A stretch of 64,000 nucleotides of DNA from Bacillota bacterium (lineage in GTDB: Bacteria; Bacillota; Halanaerobiia; Halanaerobiales; Halanaerobiaceae), in NCBI GenBank assembly GCA_051747745.1, contig JBNJGL010000006.1, forward strand, positions 3,133 to 67,132, given 5' to 3'. Shown piece by piece: positions 1-9,491 of the stretch. Positions within the stretch are counted from its first letter, which is position 1, and each line of letters opens with the position of its first letter. The notes beneath the pieces were generated by a model that worked only from the letters and a program-made list of their open reading frames with translations, was not told the origin of the DNA and searched no databases. The position numbers and the translations under genes are program-made.

Positions 1-212
1 ACTGTGAAGAGAAGTAGTAGGGAAAAATTTGTTTAAAGAGAGTCGGTGGCTGGTGCAAATCGATACATATTTTTTTCGAACTCGTCTCTGAGTTCAGCTG
101 GTAATTGACAGTCAGCTGCGCTGTGTGCGTTAAACACAAATGAGTGGGTTTTTAGCCAAGTTAGGGTGGTACCACGGATTTTATCCGTCCCTGTTTTTCA
201 GGGGCGTTTTTT
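1..212 (+). promoter_or_regulatory. T-box riboswitch leader (Leu, CUC specifier) for leuS; 5' end may be cut by the window edge
   Basis: Stem I elements AGAGAG (37-42) and GGTGCAA (52-58). Specifier-loop GAA-CTC-G at 78-84. T-box motif AGGGTGGTACCACGG at 163-177. Terminator CCGTCCCTG/CAGGGGCG plus T-run at 185-212. Lies directly upstream of leuS. Confidence 0.85.
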
Positions 213-253
213 AATTTAAAAATTTAAATATATTCTAAGGAGTGTGAATTGTA

Positions 254-2749
254 TTGCAGGATTTTTATCCATTTAGTAAAGTAGAAAAAAAGTGGCTTAA
301 AAGATGGGAAGACTCTGGTCTTCATAAAACAGGTGATGATCCGGAAAAAGAAAATTATTATGTTCTAGAAATGTTTCCATATCCGTCTGGCAATCTTCAT
401 ATGGGTCATGTCAGAGTTTACTCGATAGGTGATGTAATAGCTCGATACAAGAAAATGCAGGGCTATAATGTTCTTCATCCGATGGGATGGGATGCTTTTG
501 GACTTCCTGCTGAAAATGCGGCTATTAAGCATGGAAATATTCATCCTAAAGAATGGACCTGGGATAATATTGCCAATATGAAAAGACAGATGAAAGCAAT
601 GGGACTAAGTTATGACTGGGATAAAGAAGTTACTACTGCTGCCGAAGATTATTATAAATGGACACAGTGGTTTTTTGTTCAGATGTATAAAAATGATCTG
701 GCGTATAAAAAAGAGTCTGCTGTAAACTGGTGTCCCAGCTGTGAAACGGTTCTGGCAAATGAGCAGGTGGTAAATAATGCCTGTGAAAGATGTGGAACAG
801 AGGTAAATATAAGAGAATTAGAGCAGTGGTTTTTAAAAATCACTGATTATGCAGAACAACTTTTAAATGATCATGATCTTCTGGATAACTGGCCGGAAAA
901 AGTTAAAATCATGCAGAAAAATTGGATTGGCCGCAGTGAAGGAATGAGAATTAAATTTCCTGTAAAAGGAATGGATGAAGAACTGGAAGTGTTTACAACA
1001 AGGCCAGATACACTTTATGGTGCAACTTATATGGTTCTTGCACCAGAACATCCACTTGTTAAAGACATGACAGAAGGTACAGAAATGGAAGCTGAAGTTA
1101 AAGAATTTATAGAAAAAGCTAAAAAGCAGAAAGAGATGGAAAGAACTTCTCCAGAATCGGAAAAATTGGGTATTTTTACTGGGGGATATGCTGTTAATCC
1201 GGTTAATAATGAAGAAATTCCAATAATGATTGCAAATTATGTTTTGATGAGTTATGGTACTGGAGCAATAATGGCTGTACCTGCTCATGACCAGCGTGAT
1301 TTTGATTTTGCACGTAAATATGACCTTCCAATTAGAGTAGTAATTCAACCTGAGGATAGAGGAGAAATCCTGACTTCAGAAGAAATGGATGAGGCATATG
1401 ATGGTGATGGCTATTTGATTAACTCAGAAAAATATAATGACCTCAGTGTGGAAGAGGCGTTCGATAGAATGGCTGAGGACTTTAGTAAAGAAGGAATAGC
1501 AGAATTGAAAGTTAATTATAGATTAAGAGACTGGCTGATTTCCAGACAGAGATACTGGGGTGCTCCTATACCTGTAGTATACTGTGATAATTGTGGTGCA
1601 GTTCCTGTTCCAGAATCTGATCTTCCGGTTGAACTTCCTCATGATGTAGAATTTAAACCTACTGGTGAATCACCACTTAAATATGTTGATGAATTTGTTA
1701 ATACTACCTGTCCTGAGTGTGGTGGCCCGGCCAGAAGAGAAACAGATACAATGGATACCTTTGTGGATTCATCCTGGTACTTTTTGCGCTACTGTGATCC
1801 TAAAAACGATGATCTTCCTTTCAGCAAAGAAAATGCTGACAGATGGTTTCCAGTAGATCAATATATTGGTGGTATAGAACATGCTATACTGCACCTTCTT
1901 TATTCTAGATTTTTTACCAAAGTAGTTCACGATATGGATATGACCGAAGCAGTTGAACCATTTACTAATTGGCTGGCACAGGGTATGGTGCTTAAAGATG
2001 GTGCTAAAATGTCAAAATCTAAAGGTAATGTAGTTGATCCAGAAGAAATATTAGAAAAATATGGTGCAGATACTGCAAGGTTATTTATACTTTTTGCCTC
2101 ACCTCCAGAAAAAGATTTAGAGTGGAGTGACAAAGGAGTTGAAGGTGCAGAAAGATTTTTGAACCGTGTATGGAGATTTGTAACAGAAAATATAGAAATC
2201 ATTAAAAGTGGGTCATCAGATATCAGTAGAGAAGAGCTAGATAAAGGTGGGAAAAAGCTGTATAGAACTCTCCATGCCAGCCTCAAAAAGGTTACTGAAG
2301 ATGTTGGAGAAAGGCTTAATTTTAATACTGCAATAAGTGCAGTTATGGAGCTGACAAATGAGGTCTATTCATATTTAAATGAAAGAGAAGCAGCAGATAT
2401 TGATAAAGCACTTTTAAAAGAAACTGCTGAGAATATTCTTTTAATGCTGGCCCCATTTGCACCATTTATTACAGAAGAGCTCTGGGAAAAGCTGGATAAG
2501 GAAAAAAGCATACACCTTATGAGCTGGCCGGAGTATGACAAATCAGCCCTTATAAGAGATGAAATACCAATTGTTATTCAGATTAATGGTAAGGTGAGGG
2601 AAAAGATTTCTGTGGATCCAGATATATCTGAGGATGATTTAAAATCTAGAGTGTTAAAGCAAGAAAAAGTTAAATCATATCTTCAGGATAGTGAGCTGAT
2701 AAAAACAATAGTAATCCCCAAAAAACTTGTCAATCTGGTAATTAAATAG
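254..2749 (+). CDS. leuS: leucyl-tRNA synthetase
   Basis: 831 aa ORF with a TTG start. Class I motifs are present: HMGH ([10 protein letters not shown]) and KMSKS ([10 protein letters not shown]). Preceded by a Leu T-box. Confidence 0.97.
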   Translation: MQDFYPFSKVEKKWLKRWEDSGLHKTGDDPEKENYYVLEMFPYPSGNLHMGHVRVYSIGDVIARYKKMQGYNVLHPMGWDAFGLPAENAAIKHGNIHPKEWTWDNIANMKRQMKAMGLSYDWDKEVTTAAEDYYKWTQWFFVQMYKNDLAYKKESAVNWCPSCETVLANEQVVNNACERCGTEVNIRELEQWFLKITDYAEQLLNDHDLLDNWPEKVKIMQKNWIGRSEGMRIKFPVKGMDEELEVFTTRPDTLYGATYMVLAPEHPLVKDMTEGTEMEAEVKEFIEKAKKQKEMERTSPESEKLGIFTGGYAVNPVNNEEIPIMIANYVLMSYGTGAIMAVPAHDQRDFDFARKYDLPIRVVIQPEDRGEILTSEEMDEAYDGDGYLINSEKYNDLSVEEAFDRMAEDFSKEGIAELKVNYRLRDWLISRQRYWGAPIPVVYCDNCGAVPVPESDLPVELPHDVEFKPTGESPLKYVDEFVNTTCPECGGPARRETDTMDTFVDSSWYFLRYCDPKNDDLPFSKENADRWFPVDQYIGGIEHAILHLLYSRFFTKVVHDMDMTEAVEPFTNWLAQGMVLKDGAKMSKSKGNVVDPEEILEKYGADTARLFILFASPPEKDLEWSDKGVEGAERFLNRVWRFVTENIEIIKSGSSDISREELDKGGKKLYRTLHASLKKVTEDVGERLNFNTAISAVMELTNEVYSYLNEREAADIDKALLKETAENILLMLAPFAPFITEELWEKLDKEKSIHLMSWPEYDKSALIRDEIPIVIQINGKVREKISVDPDISEDDLKSRVLKQEKVKSYLQDSELIKTIVIPKKLVNLVIK

Positions 2750-2768
2750 ATTTAATAGATTTGATCTG

Positions 2769-2806
2769 CCCTTCTGAGTAATATATTTATTATTCAGGAG
2801 GGTTTT
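2769..2806 (+). terminator. intrinsic terminator after leuS
   Basis: Stem CCCTTCTGA...TCAGGAGGG (one G-U pair) followed by TTTT. Confidence 0.6.
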
Positions 2807-2958
2807 ACTATTTTGACTGTAAATAAATTTAATAACTTCTTAAAAAAATAAAAAGGATATTTTAGATTTTTAAAGAAGAAAGATATTGATTAAAGAACTT
2901 ATATTTATATATTTAGGATTTTTTGCATAAAATTATAATTTAAGGAAGGAGAAACAAA

Positions 2959-3156
2959 ATGAATAAAGTTTTAGATGGAATTTTAGAAGCTATAGATGAC
3001 GAAATTGCAGCCCAAAAAAAATATAAGCAGCTAAAAAAACAGACAGATGACGAAAAAGCTCAGGCATTATTTGAACAGCTTATAAAAGATGAGATTAGCC
3101 ATGAACAACTATTGCGGTCCCGATATGAAGCTCTAAAAGAATATATGGAAGACTAA
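2959..3156 (+). CDS. 65-aa ferritin-like/rubrerythrin-like two-helix protein (single E ... ExxH half-site)
   Basis: RBS AAGGAAGGAG upstream of the ATG. Two predicted helices carry DDE and DEISH (ExxH), as in one half of a diiron four-helix bundle. Confidence 0.5.
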   Translation: MNKVLDGILEAIDDEIAAQKKYKQLKKQTDDEKAQALFEQLIKDEISHEQLLRSRYEALKEYMED

Positions 3157-3361
3157 AATATGTAAATTAAAATACTTATTTCTTTTAATATTTTCATCTG
3201 AGATCACTAATCAGGAGGAAAATATTATTTCCTCTTGCATATATTAAAAAAAATAGATATAATTATTAATAATAGTAATTATTACTGAAATAAATCTAAT
3301 TAAAATATATTTTAGATAAATACTAATGAGAATATTATTAAAATCTGAGGAGCTGTAAAAG

Positions 3362-4594
3362 ATGCTGCTGGAAGAAATCTCAACAAAAGATTTCGGAAAA
3401 CTACCTTCCAAAAAGATGAGAATAAGTGACTTATTTTTAACGTTATCCTGGGCCCTTGATATGGGAAAAGCAGAAATTTTAAATCATTCCCGCAGGGTTG
3501 CCTATATATCTTATGAAATTGCAAAAATTTTGGGATTGAGTTCTGAAAAAATTAATGAGGTGGTTCTGGCATCTCTAATCCATGATATTGGAATTGAAGA
3601 AAATGAAAATAAAAAGATTGCTGATAGTTCTTTTGATCTGGATTCTGATTTTATAGAACTTCACTGTAGAAGTGGTGCAGAACTCACAGATAGAATAAAT
3701 TTTCTGCCAGAACTCAGTAAAATCATACTCTGCCACCACAATAACTGGTCTTCAAATAATTTCAATTCTTTGAGTGGAGAACAGATTCCGACTGCCAGCA
3801 GAATTATTTATCTTGCAGATAGAGTTGAAGCCCTGATAGATAAAAATGAATATATTTTATTTCAGGTTAATTTTATTATAAAAAAAATCAAAAAACACTC
3901 CGGAAGTTTCTTTGATCCAGATATTGTTAATAATTTTATAGAACTGTCTAAAAAGGAATCTTTCTGGTTAAATATATCAAGTGGTGAATACAATAATATT
4001 CTGGCACAGTGGGGTAGAGAAACCAGAAGAGAAATTAATTTAGATGATCTGGAAATCATTGCCAGTGTAATGGCTGATATTATTGATAGAATTAGTCCAT
4101 TTACCTCCAGACACAGCACTGGAGTGGCAGCGATTTCAGCTATGCTTACATACGAACTCGGTTTTGATAAAAAATATCAGAGAGCAGTCACAACAGCAGC
4201 TTTGTTTCATGATCTCGGAAAACTAATTATTCCAGAAGATATAATAGAAAAAAAAGGTCATCTAAATGACAGGGAATATAATCTGATTAAACAGCACTCT
4301 TTTTACACATATCGGTTATTGAATAAAATAAAAGGGATAGGTGATATTCCTGAATGGGCTTCTTATCATCATGAACGACTTGATGGAAGTGGTTATCCTT
4401 TTCATCATAAAGCAGAAGAATTAAATATGGGAAGCAGAATTATTGCAGTTAGTGATGTTTTTCAGGCATTGACTGAAGATAGGCCATATAGAAAAGCTTT
4501 TACAATAGAGCAGGCTCTGGAAATTGTAGAAGAAATGAAGGTAAATGGTGAACTTGATAAAAGGGTGGTTGAGAGTTTAAAAAATTCTATTTAA
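3362..4594 (+). CDS. tandem HD-GYP domain protein (degenerate N-terminal HD plus canonical C-terminal HD-GYP), putative c-di-GMP phosphodiesterase
   Basis: The first domain has LIHDIG...CHHNNW and no GYP. The second has FHDLGK ... HHERLDGSGYP, the canonical HD-GYP signature. Confidence 0.85.
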   Translation: MLLEEISTKDFGKLPSKKMRISDLFLTLSWALDMGKAEILNHSRRVAYISYEIAKILGLSSEKINEVVLASLIHDIGIEENENKKIADSSFDLDSDFIELHCRSGAELTDRINFLPELSKIILCHHNNWSSNNFNSLSGEQIPTASRIIYLADRVEALIDKNEYILFQVNFIIKKIKKHSGSFFDPDIVNNFIELSKKESFWLNISSGEYNNILAQWGRETRREINLDDLEIIASVMADIIDRISPFTSRHSTGVAAISAMLTYELGFDKKYQRAVTTAALFHDLGKLIIPEDIIEKKGHLNDREYNLIKQHSFYTYRLLNKIKGIGDIPEWASYHHERLDGSGYPFHHKAEELNMGSRIIAVSDVFQALTEDRPYRKAFTIEQALEIVEEMKVNGELDKRVVESLKNSI

Positions 4595-4626
4595 AGAAAA
4601 GTAAGATAAATTTGGAGGTATACATT

Positions 4627-4938
4627 TTGAAAGCAGAAATAAATATCATAAACGATGTAGAAGTAATTGTTAAACCTTCAGGTAATATTGATTTTTCTAA
4701 TTCACAAAAATTAAAAAAAGATCTGCTGGATATATTTGATAATGGTTACAAAAAAGTGAGGATTAATTTTGAAAAAGTTTCTCGTATTGATAGTTCTGCT
4801 CTGGGAAAACTGCTTTTATTTCACAAAAGGTTAAGAGAGAAAAATGGAAAATTAATAATTGAAAATGTAAAAAGTAGTTATGTAAAAAATATGTTTGATG
4901 TTATTAATTTACATAAAGTTATAGAAATTAAAGATTGA
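4627..4938 (+). CDS. STAS-domain anti-sigma-factor antagonist (RsbV/SpoIIAA-like), copy 1
   Basis: Contains an RIDSSALGKLL phosphorylatable-Ser motif. The ORF track starts at TTG 4612, but GGAGGT at 4614-4619 fits the in-frame TTG at 4627 better. Confidence 0.8.
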   Translation: MKAEINIINDVEVIVKPSGNIDFSNSQKLKKDLLDIFDNGYKKVRINFEKVSRIDSSALGKLLLFHKRLREKNGKLIIENVKSSYVKNMFDVINLHKVIEIKD

Positions 4939-5005
4939 AAGACAGTATCTTGCTGAAAATTACTGCATTTTTTTATTAATTGTTGTGGAGTAGGAGGAAT
5001 AACAG

Positions 5006-6421
5006 TTGTTGAAAGAAAAATTTAATTTAAAAAAACTGTCCATATTACTATCTGTATTTTTAATTTCAGCAGTTATTTTTTATTATATATTCACCTTTAA
5101 CTTTATTTATATTATTTTTTTTATTACAGCATCACTAATATTTTTTAATTATTTCTTTGATAACCTATTGAACAGGATTAAAATTTTAAAAGATGAGATA
5201 AAAGAAAAAGATAAAAATATAATTGATTTAGAAGAAAATATAAAAAAGAAATTTAAAAAAGCTAGAGATGTTCATCAGAGAATGCTGCCAAAAAAACTGC
5301 CTGATACCGGGGATATTATTATTAGTACTTATTATCGGCCTGCAGAATACATCGGTGGAGACTATTATAATGTTATGGAGATTGATCATGAATCAATGAG
5401 TCCTTTTTTTGACCAGTATCTGGTTTATTATTTTGATGTTTCCGGACATGGAATCGACAGCACACTCTTATCTATTTTTATTAATGATACAATTGAAAGT
5501 TTTTTAAAACTGCGCCATAATCCTGGTGAAATGATTTCTCCTAAAGAACTTATGAATTATATAGATAATGCTTATCAGGAAGAAGGTTTTCCTGATGACT
5601 ATTTGGTTTGTATATTTTTAGGACTGCTGGATTTGAATAAAAACAGATTAAATTACTGTAGTACAGGGTTTCAGTATCCTATTTTTAAAATTGATGCAGG
5701 TAAAAAGGTAGAAAAAATTAAAACAGGTGGACTTCCGGTATCGTCTGCACTTGCTTTTGTAGATAAAACACTTGAAGAAAAGGAAATGATTATCGATAAA
5801 AATTCTATGATTTTGCTAACAACTGATGGACTTTTAGAACAGGAGATCAATGGGAAAAGTTATTTTGAAGAGATAGATAAAATTTTAAATTCCTACAGCA
5901 GTTATCCGGCACCTTTAATGAAAGACATCATTTATGCTGATTTTTATAATTTTTCTGCTGAAAGCATGATAAAAGATGATCTCACCTTTTTAATATTAAA
6001 CAGGATGGAAAACAAAAGAAAAGAATGGAATTCAGCCAGGTCTGATTTATCAAATAGAACTATTTTAGAAGAAGTATTAAATTTTATGGAAGAAAGCTGT
6101 GAAAACCAGAAGAATTCTTCTTTTGATAAATTAAAGAATATAGTAAAGAGTATTTTATTGAAAGAAAACAATTTTACAGTTTTACAAACTATAAATATAA
6201 AGGCCTACAATAATCCTGAATATTTAATTTTTAGTTTTGAAGATAAAAAAAATAATTTAAACTGGAAGCAGGCTGCTGGAAATAGTTTTGATGAATTTAT
6301 AAAGATAAAAAATGAATTTGTTAGAAATGATTTTGAATTCAGAAATAATAAGGTTTACATAAGTTATAATAATTTTTATAATAAAATATATTTTTTTATA
6401 CCAAAATTAAAATCTAATTAA
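5006..6421 (+). CDS. membrane-anchored PP2C/SpoIIE-type serine phosphatase (RsbU-like) with an uncharacterised C-terminal extension
   Basis: Two N-terminal hydrophobic helices, then a coiled coil. SpoIIE-like core (ARDVHQRMLP..., GGDYY, FDVSGHG, LLTTDGL). The final ~135 aa have no motif I recognise. Confidence 0.8.
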   Translation: MLKEKFNLKKLSILLSVFLISAVIFYYIFTFNFIYIIFFITASLIFFNYFFDNLLNRIKILKDEIKEKDKNIIDLEENIKKKFKKARDVHQRMLPKKLPDTGDIIISTYYRPAEYIGGDYYNVMEIDHESMSPFFDQYLVYYFDVSGHGIDSTLLSIFINDTIESFLKLRHNPGEMISPKELMNYIDNAYQEEGFPDDYLVCIFLGLLDLNKNRLNYCSTGFQYPIFKIDAGKKVEKIKTGGLPVSSALAFVDKTLEEKEMIIDKNSMILLTTDGLLEQEINGKSYFEEIDKILNSYSSYPAPLMKDIIYADFYNFSAESMIKDDLTFLILNRMENKRKEWNSARSDLSNRTILEEVLNFMEESCENQKNSSFDKLKNIVKSILLKENNFTVLQTINIKAYNNPEYLIFSFEDKKNNLNWKQAAGNSFDEFIKIKNEFVRNDFEFRNNKVYISYNNFYNKIYFFIPKLKSN

Positions 6422-6446
6422 GAAATTAAAATAGTGAGGTGGCAAA

Positions 6447-6794
6447 ATGAAGGGAAAAAGAGTAGAACTTCTTTTTGAACAGCAAACAGCAGTTTTAAAA
6501 ATTTTTGTAGAAGTTAATTTTGAAAACTCAAATCCTATCAAAGAAAAGTCTAAAGAGCTGATATCTAAGAATAATGTAGAGAATTTAATTATTGACCTCA
6601 GTTCTGTTCCATATCTTGACAGTTCCGGTATTGGATTTGTACTTTCCATTTTCAAATTTATGAGGGATAAAAAAGGTAAATTGATTTTGCTCAATCCCAA
6701 TGACAAAGTTAAGCGGGTATTAGAAGTAACAAAAATTGATACGATAATTAAAATTTTTTATGAAAAAGAAAAGGCAGTTGAAGAATTATCCTAG
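6447..6794 (+). CDS. STAS-domain anti-sigma-factor antagonist, copy 2
   Basis: Canonical YLDSSGIGFVL motif. 115 aa. RBS GTGAGGTGG lies upstream. Confidence 0.85.
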   Translation: MKGKRVELLFEQQTAVLKIFVEVNFENSNPIKEKSKELISKNNVENLIIDLSSVPYLDSSGIGFVLSIFKFMRDKKGKLILLNPNDKVKRVLEVTKIDTIIKIFYEKEKAVEELS

Positions 6795-6842
6795 CATTTT
6801 ATGCTGATAATTTGTATTTATAAAATTTGAGGTGCGTAGTAT

Positions 6843-7265
6843 ATGGTAAAACCAGCCTTTAAAAAACAGTTTTTAATAGGAGGCAGCACAGAATCAATTT
6901 CTGAAGTAATAGAGAATATTTTGCTGCTGCTTAAAGAAAAAAATCTGCAAATTGAGGATATGGATTTTCGTATTGAACTTGTTCTGCGGGAAATGATTGC
7001 AAATGCAGTTGAACACGGCTGCGATAAAAATAATGACTTCAGTCAAATTAAAATTAAACTGGAAATTAAAAAAAATCAAATCAGTATCAGTGTAAAGGAT
7101 CAGGGAGACGGATTTGAGTGGCAAAAAAGAGATTTGGAGACTCTTCCAATTTTTGCTGAAAATGGCAGAGGTCTTATAATAATAAATAAAACAGCTGATA
7201 GAATTGAATTTAATGATTGCGGTAATAAAATAAAAGTTCATTTTGATTTTAGTGAAGTAGACTAA
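6843..7265 (+). CDS. RsbW/SpoIIAB-type anti-sigma serine kinase (HATPase_c_2-like)
   Basis: 140 aa with LREMIANAVEHG (N-box), VKDQGDGF (G1) and NGRGLIIINK (G2). Confidence 0.8.
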   Translation: MVKPAFKKQFLIGGSTESISEVIENILLLLKEKNLQIEDMDFRIELVLREMIANAVEHGCDKNNDFSQIKIKLEIKKNQISISVKDQGDGFEWQKRDLETLPIFAENGRGLIIINKTADRIEFNDCGNKIKVHFDFSEVD

Positions 7266-7298
7266 AAAAAGTGATAGAAGTTATAGTCTGCTAGCAAA

Positions 7299-7335
7299 CC
7301 TCGTGGGCTTGCCCCGAGGAGGGTCAAAATTTTTT
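7299..7335 (+). terminator. putative terminator after the partner-switching operon
   Basis: Hairpin CCTCGTGGG-CTTG-CCCCGAGG. The T-run TTTTTT starts about 10 nt later, so the spacing is not ideal. Confidence 0.45.
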
Positions 7336-7387
7336 AAATACTATAATTTAAGACTGATAGTATACTTATTAGATTAAAAATTATTTA

Positions 7388-9088
7388 ATGGGAGGAATAA
7401 TATTGCTGAAAAAAATAAAAAGTTCAATGTTTGCAAAATTTGTACTGGCTTTCTTGGTAATTATTGTTTTATTTATCATTTCTAGTACAGTTGAATACTA
7501 CTACAGCCATCTTGTTACAAATATTGATGATGAAATTGATGAAATGCAGGAACTTCAGCTGTTTTTAGCAAATCTCGAAATAGATCATCATCTCTGGATG
7601 ATTAGTATTTATGATATGATTGCGGGAGGACCAGCTCCAGAGCTTGGAGACCACACAGAATGCAATCTAGGAAACTGGTATTATAACATGGAACCAGAAG
7701 ATTATTATATTGAGCCATATAGAGCTATGGAAGAACCTCATCAGCATTTACATATGCACGGCCAGGAAGTTGTATCACTTTTTAAGTCCGGCCAGGAAGA
7801 AGAGGCTATTCAGCTGTTTCAGGAAGAAATTAAGCCTGATTTAAATGATGTGCGTCAGAACTTAGGAGAAATTATTGAACTGACTGATCAAGAAGTTAGT
7901 TCAATGATGGAAGAAAGGGAGGCTATTTCTAAAAGAGCTGATACTCTCTTTATTGCAGCAATTATAATTACCACACTTCTGGCAGCACTTATAGCATGGA
8001 TTCTTACAAAAACAACAGTAACACCAATTAATAAAATAAGCAGTCAGGCCGAAAAAATTGCAGCTGGTGATTTGACACAAAAAGTGTCCAGTAAAAAAAC
8101 AGACGAAATTGGAAGCCTTGTAGCTTCTTTTAATAAAATGATAGACACTTTGAAAGATTTAATTTCCAGTATCAATGATAATTCTGATGCGGTTGTAACT
8201 GCTGCCGGGGAGCTTAATATTGTTTCTGAAGAGACAGGTAGAAGTTCTGAAGAAATAGCCCACAGTATTACTGAAGTTGCACAGGGCAGTGAAGATATTG
8301 GAAGAGAAATTGCAAATATGAAAAATGCTGCTGTACAGCTCGATAATGAGGGGGAAACTCTAAAAGAAAATGCTGAACAGAGCCTAAAGGTTGCAGATCG
8401 TTCTTCCCAGACAGCCAGTGAGGGTCAAAAAGCTATTCAGGAGGCTATAAATCAGCTTGACACTGTCAGTGAAACAGTTAATTTTGCCACTCAGGCAATT
8501 GAAAAGCTTGGTAAGAGATCCAGAGAAATAGGTGAAATGGTTGATATGATTGAAGGGATATCTTCTCAAACCAATTTACTGGCTCTCAATGCCGCCATTG
8601 AGGCTGCGAGGGCAGGAGAAAAGGGAAGAGGTTTTGCTGTTGTTGCAGAAGAAGTAAGAGAGCTGGCTGAAGAATCTTCTGAAGTAACAACCCAGATTAC
8701 CAGTCTGATTGAGGATATACAGTCTGAGACAACTGCTACTGTAAATTCTATGGATACAAATATTGAGGAAGTAGAAAAACAGATTTCTATTATTAATAAA
8801 GCTGGAGATTCTCTAAATAAAATGGTTGAAGCTTCGAATAATACCAGAGATAAAGTTAATGAGATGAAGAAATTTGCCAGTAAACTGGATGATATTATTG
8901 ATATAATAAATCATTCGGTTGATTCGGTCGGCAGTGCGATAGAAAACAATTCAGCAAGTGCTGAAGAAGTATCAGCTCTGGCAGAAGAACAGAGTGCAAC
9001 TGTTGAGCAGATATCTGCTTCTGCAGATGAAATGGAAAATATGGCCCAGCATTTAAAATCACTTATAGAGAAGTTTAAATTAGAATAA
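7388..9088 (+). CDS. methyl-accepting chemotaxis protein with a CZB-motif sensor between two TM helices
   Basis: Two TM segments, a HAMP domain, and the conserved signalling hairpin [43 protein letters not shown] at 7390-7395 suggests the real start may be the in-frame TTG at 7403. Confidence 0.9.
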   Translation: MGGIILLKKIKSSMFAKFVLAFLVIIVLFIISSTVEYYYSHLVTNIDDEIDEMQELQLFLANLEIDHHLWMISIYDMIAGGPAPELGDHTECNLGNWYYNMEPEDYYIEPYRAMEEPHQHLHMHGQEVVSLFKSGQEEEAIQLFQEEIKPDLNDVRQNLGEIIELTDQEVSSMMEEREAISKRADTLFIAAIIITTLLAALIAWILTKTTVTPINKISSQAEKIAAGDLTQKVSSKKTDEIGSLVASFNKMIDTLKDLISSINDNSDAVVTAAGELNIVSEETGRSSEEIAHSITEVAQGSEDIGREIANMKNAAVQLDNEGETLKENAEQSLKVADRSSQTASEGQKAIQEAINQLDTVSETVNFATQAIEKLGKRSREIGEMVDMIEGISSQTNLLALNAAIEAARAGEKGRGFAVVAEEVRELAEESSEVTTQITSLIEDIQSETTATVNSMDTNIEEVEKQISIINKAGDSLNKMVEASNNTRDKVNEMKKFASKLDDIIDIINHSVDSVGSAIENNSASAEEVSALAEEQSATVEQISASADEMENMAQHLKSLIEKFKLE

Positions 9089-9205
9089 TATGTTTATACA
9101 GCTCATATTTTGGCTGATATTTATGTTCAATCATAGATATAAAGCTGAGATATGGGCTGTTTTTTTATTCCTGAGAAAAAGGATAGTATTTTTATCAAAT
9201 ATACG

Positions 9206-9234
9206 TTGACATTGATAATCGTTTTCATTATAAT
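9206..9234 (+). promoter_or_regulatory. sigma-A-type promoter of feoAB with a Fur-box-like 7-1-7 site in the spacer
   Basis: TTGACA (9206-9211), a 17-nt spacer, then TATAAT (9229-9234). TGATAAT-C-GTTTTCA at 9213-9227 matches the TGATAATnATTATCA consensus at 12 of 14 positions. Confidence 0.6.
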
Positions 9235-9263
9235 AAATATAGAATACAGCAGGAGGTAAAAAG

Positions 9264-9491
9264 ATGACCCTCGTAGATATTAAACATGGAGAAAAATTTA
9301 TAATAGAAAAAATAAATGATAAAAATACCAGAATGCAGGCACTTCGTTTTGGAATAGGAGAAGGATCTGAAATAGAATGTGCGGGCATTCTTCCTGGAGG
9401 ACCGGTAATTTTAAAGAAAAATCTGCAGGAAATTGCTGTTGGAAGAAAGATGGCAGAAAAAATATCTGTAAAACAGAAGGAAATGTTTTAA
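9264..9491 (+). CDS. feoA: ferrous iron transport protein A
   Basis: 75-aa FeoA-like SH3 protein immediately upstream of feoB. Its stop overlaps the feoB ATG. Confidence 0.85.
   Translation: MTLVDIKHGEKFIIEKINDKNTRMQALRFGIGEGSEIECAGILPGGPVILKKNLQEIAVGRKMAEKISVKQKEMF

Noticed and set aside
863-2286. Antisense ORFs inside leuS (161 aa and 119 aa).
   Set aside because: They overlap a conserved CDS on the opposite strand, have no translation signals, and their sequences do not look protein-like.
9377-9490. A 5' extension of the feoB ORF that overlaps feoA.
   Set aside because: The extension lies in a different frame from feoA. ATG 9491 coincides with the feoA stop and gives the normal FeoB N-terminus just before GNPNVGKS.
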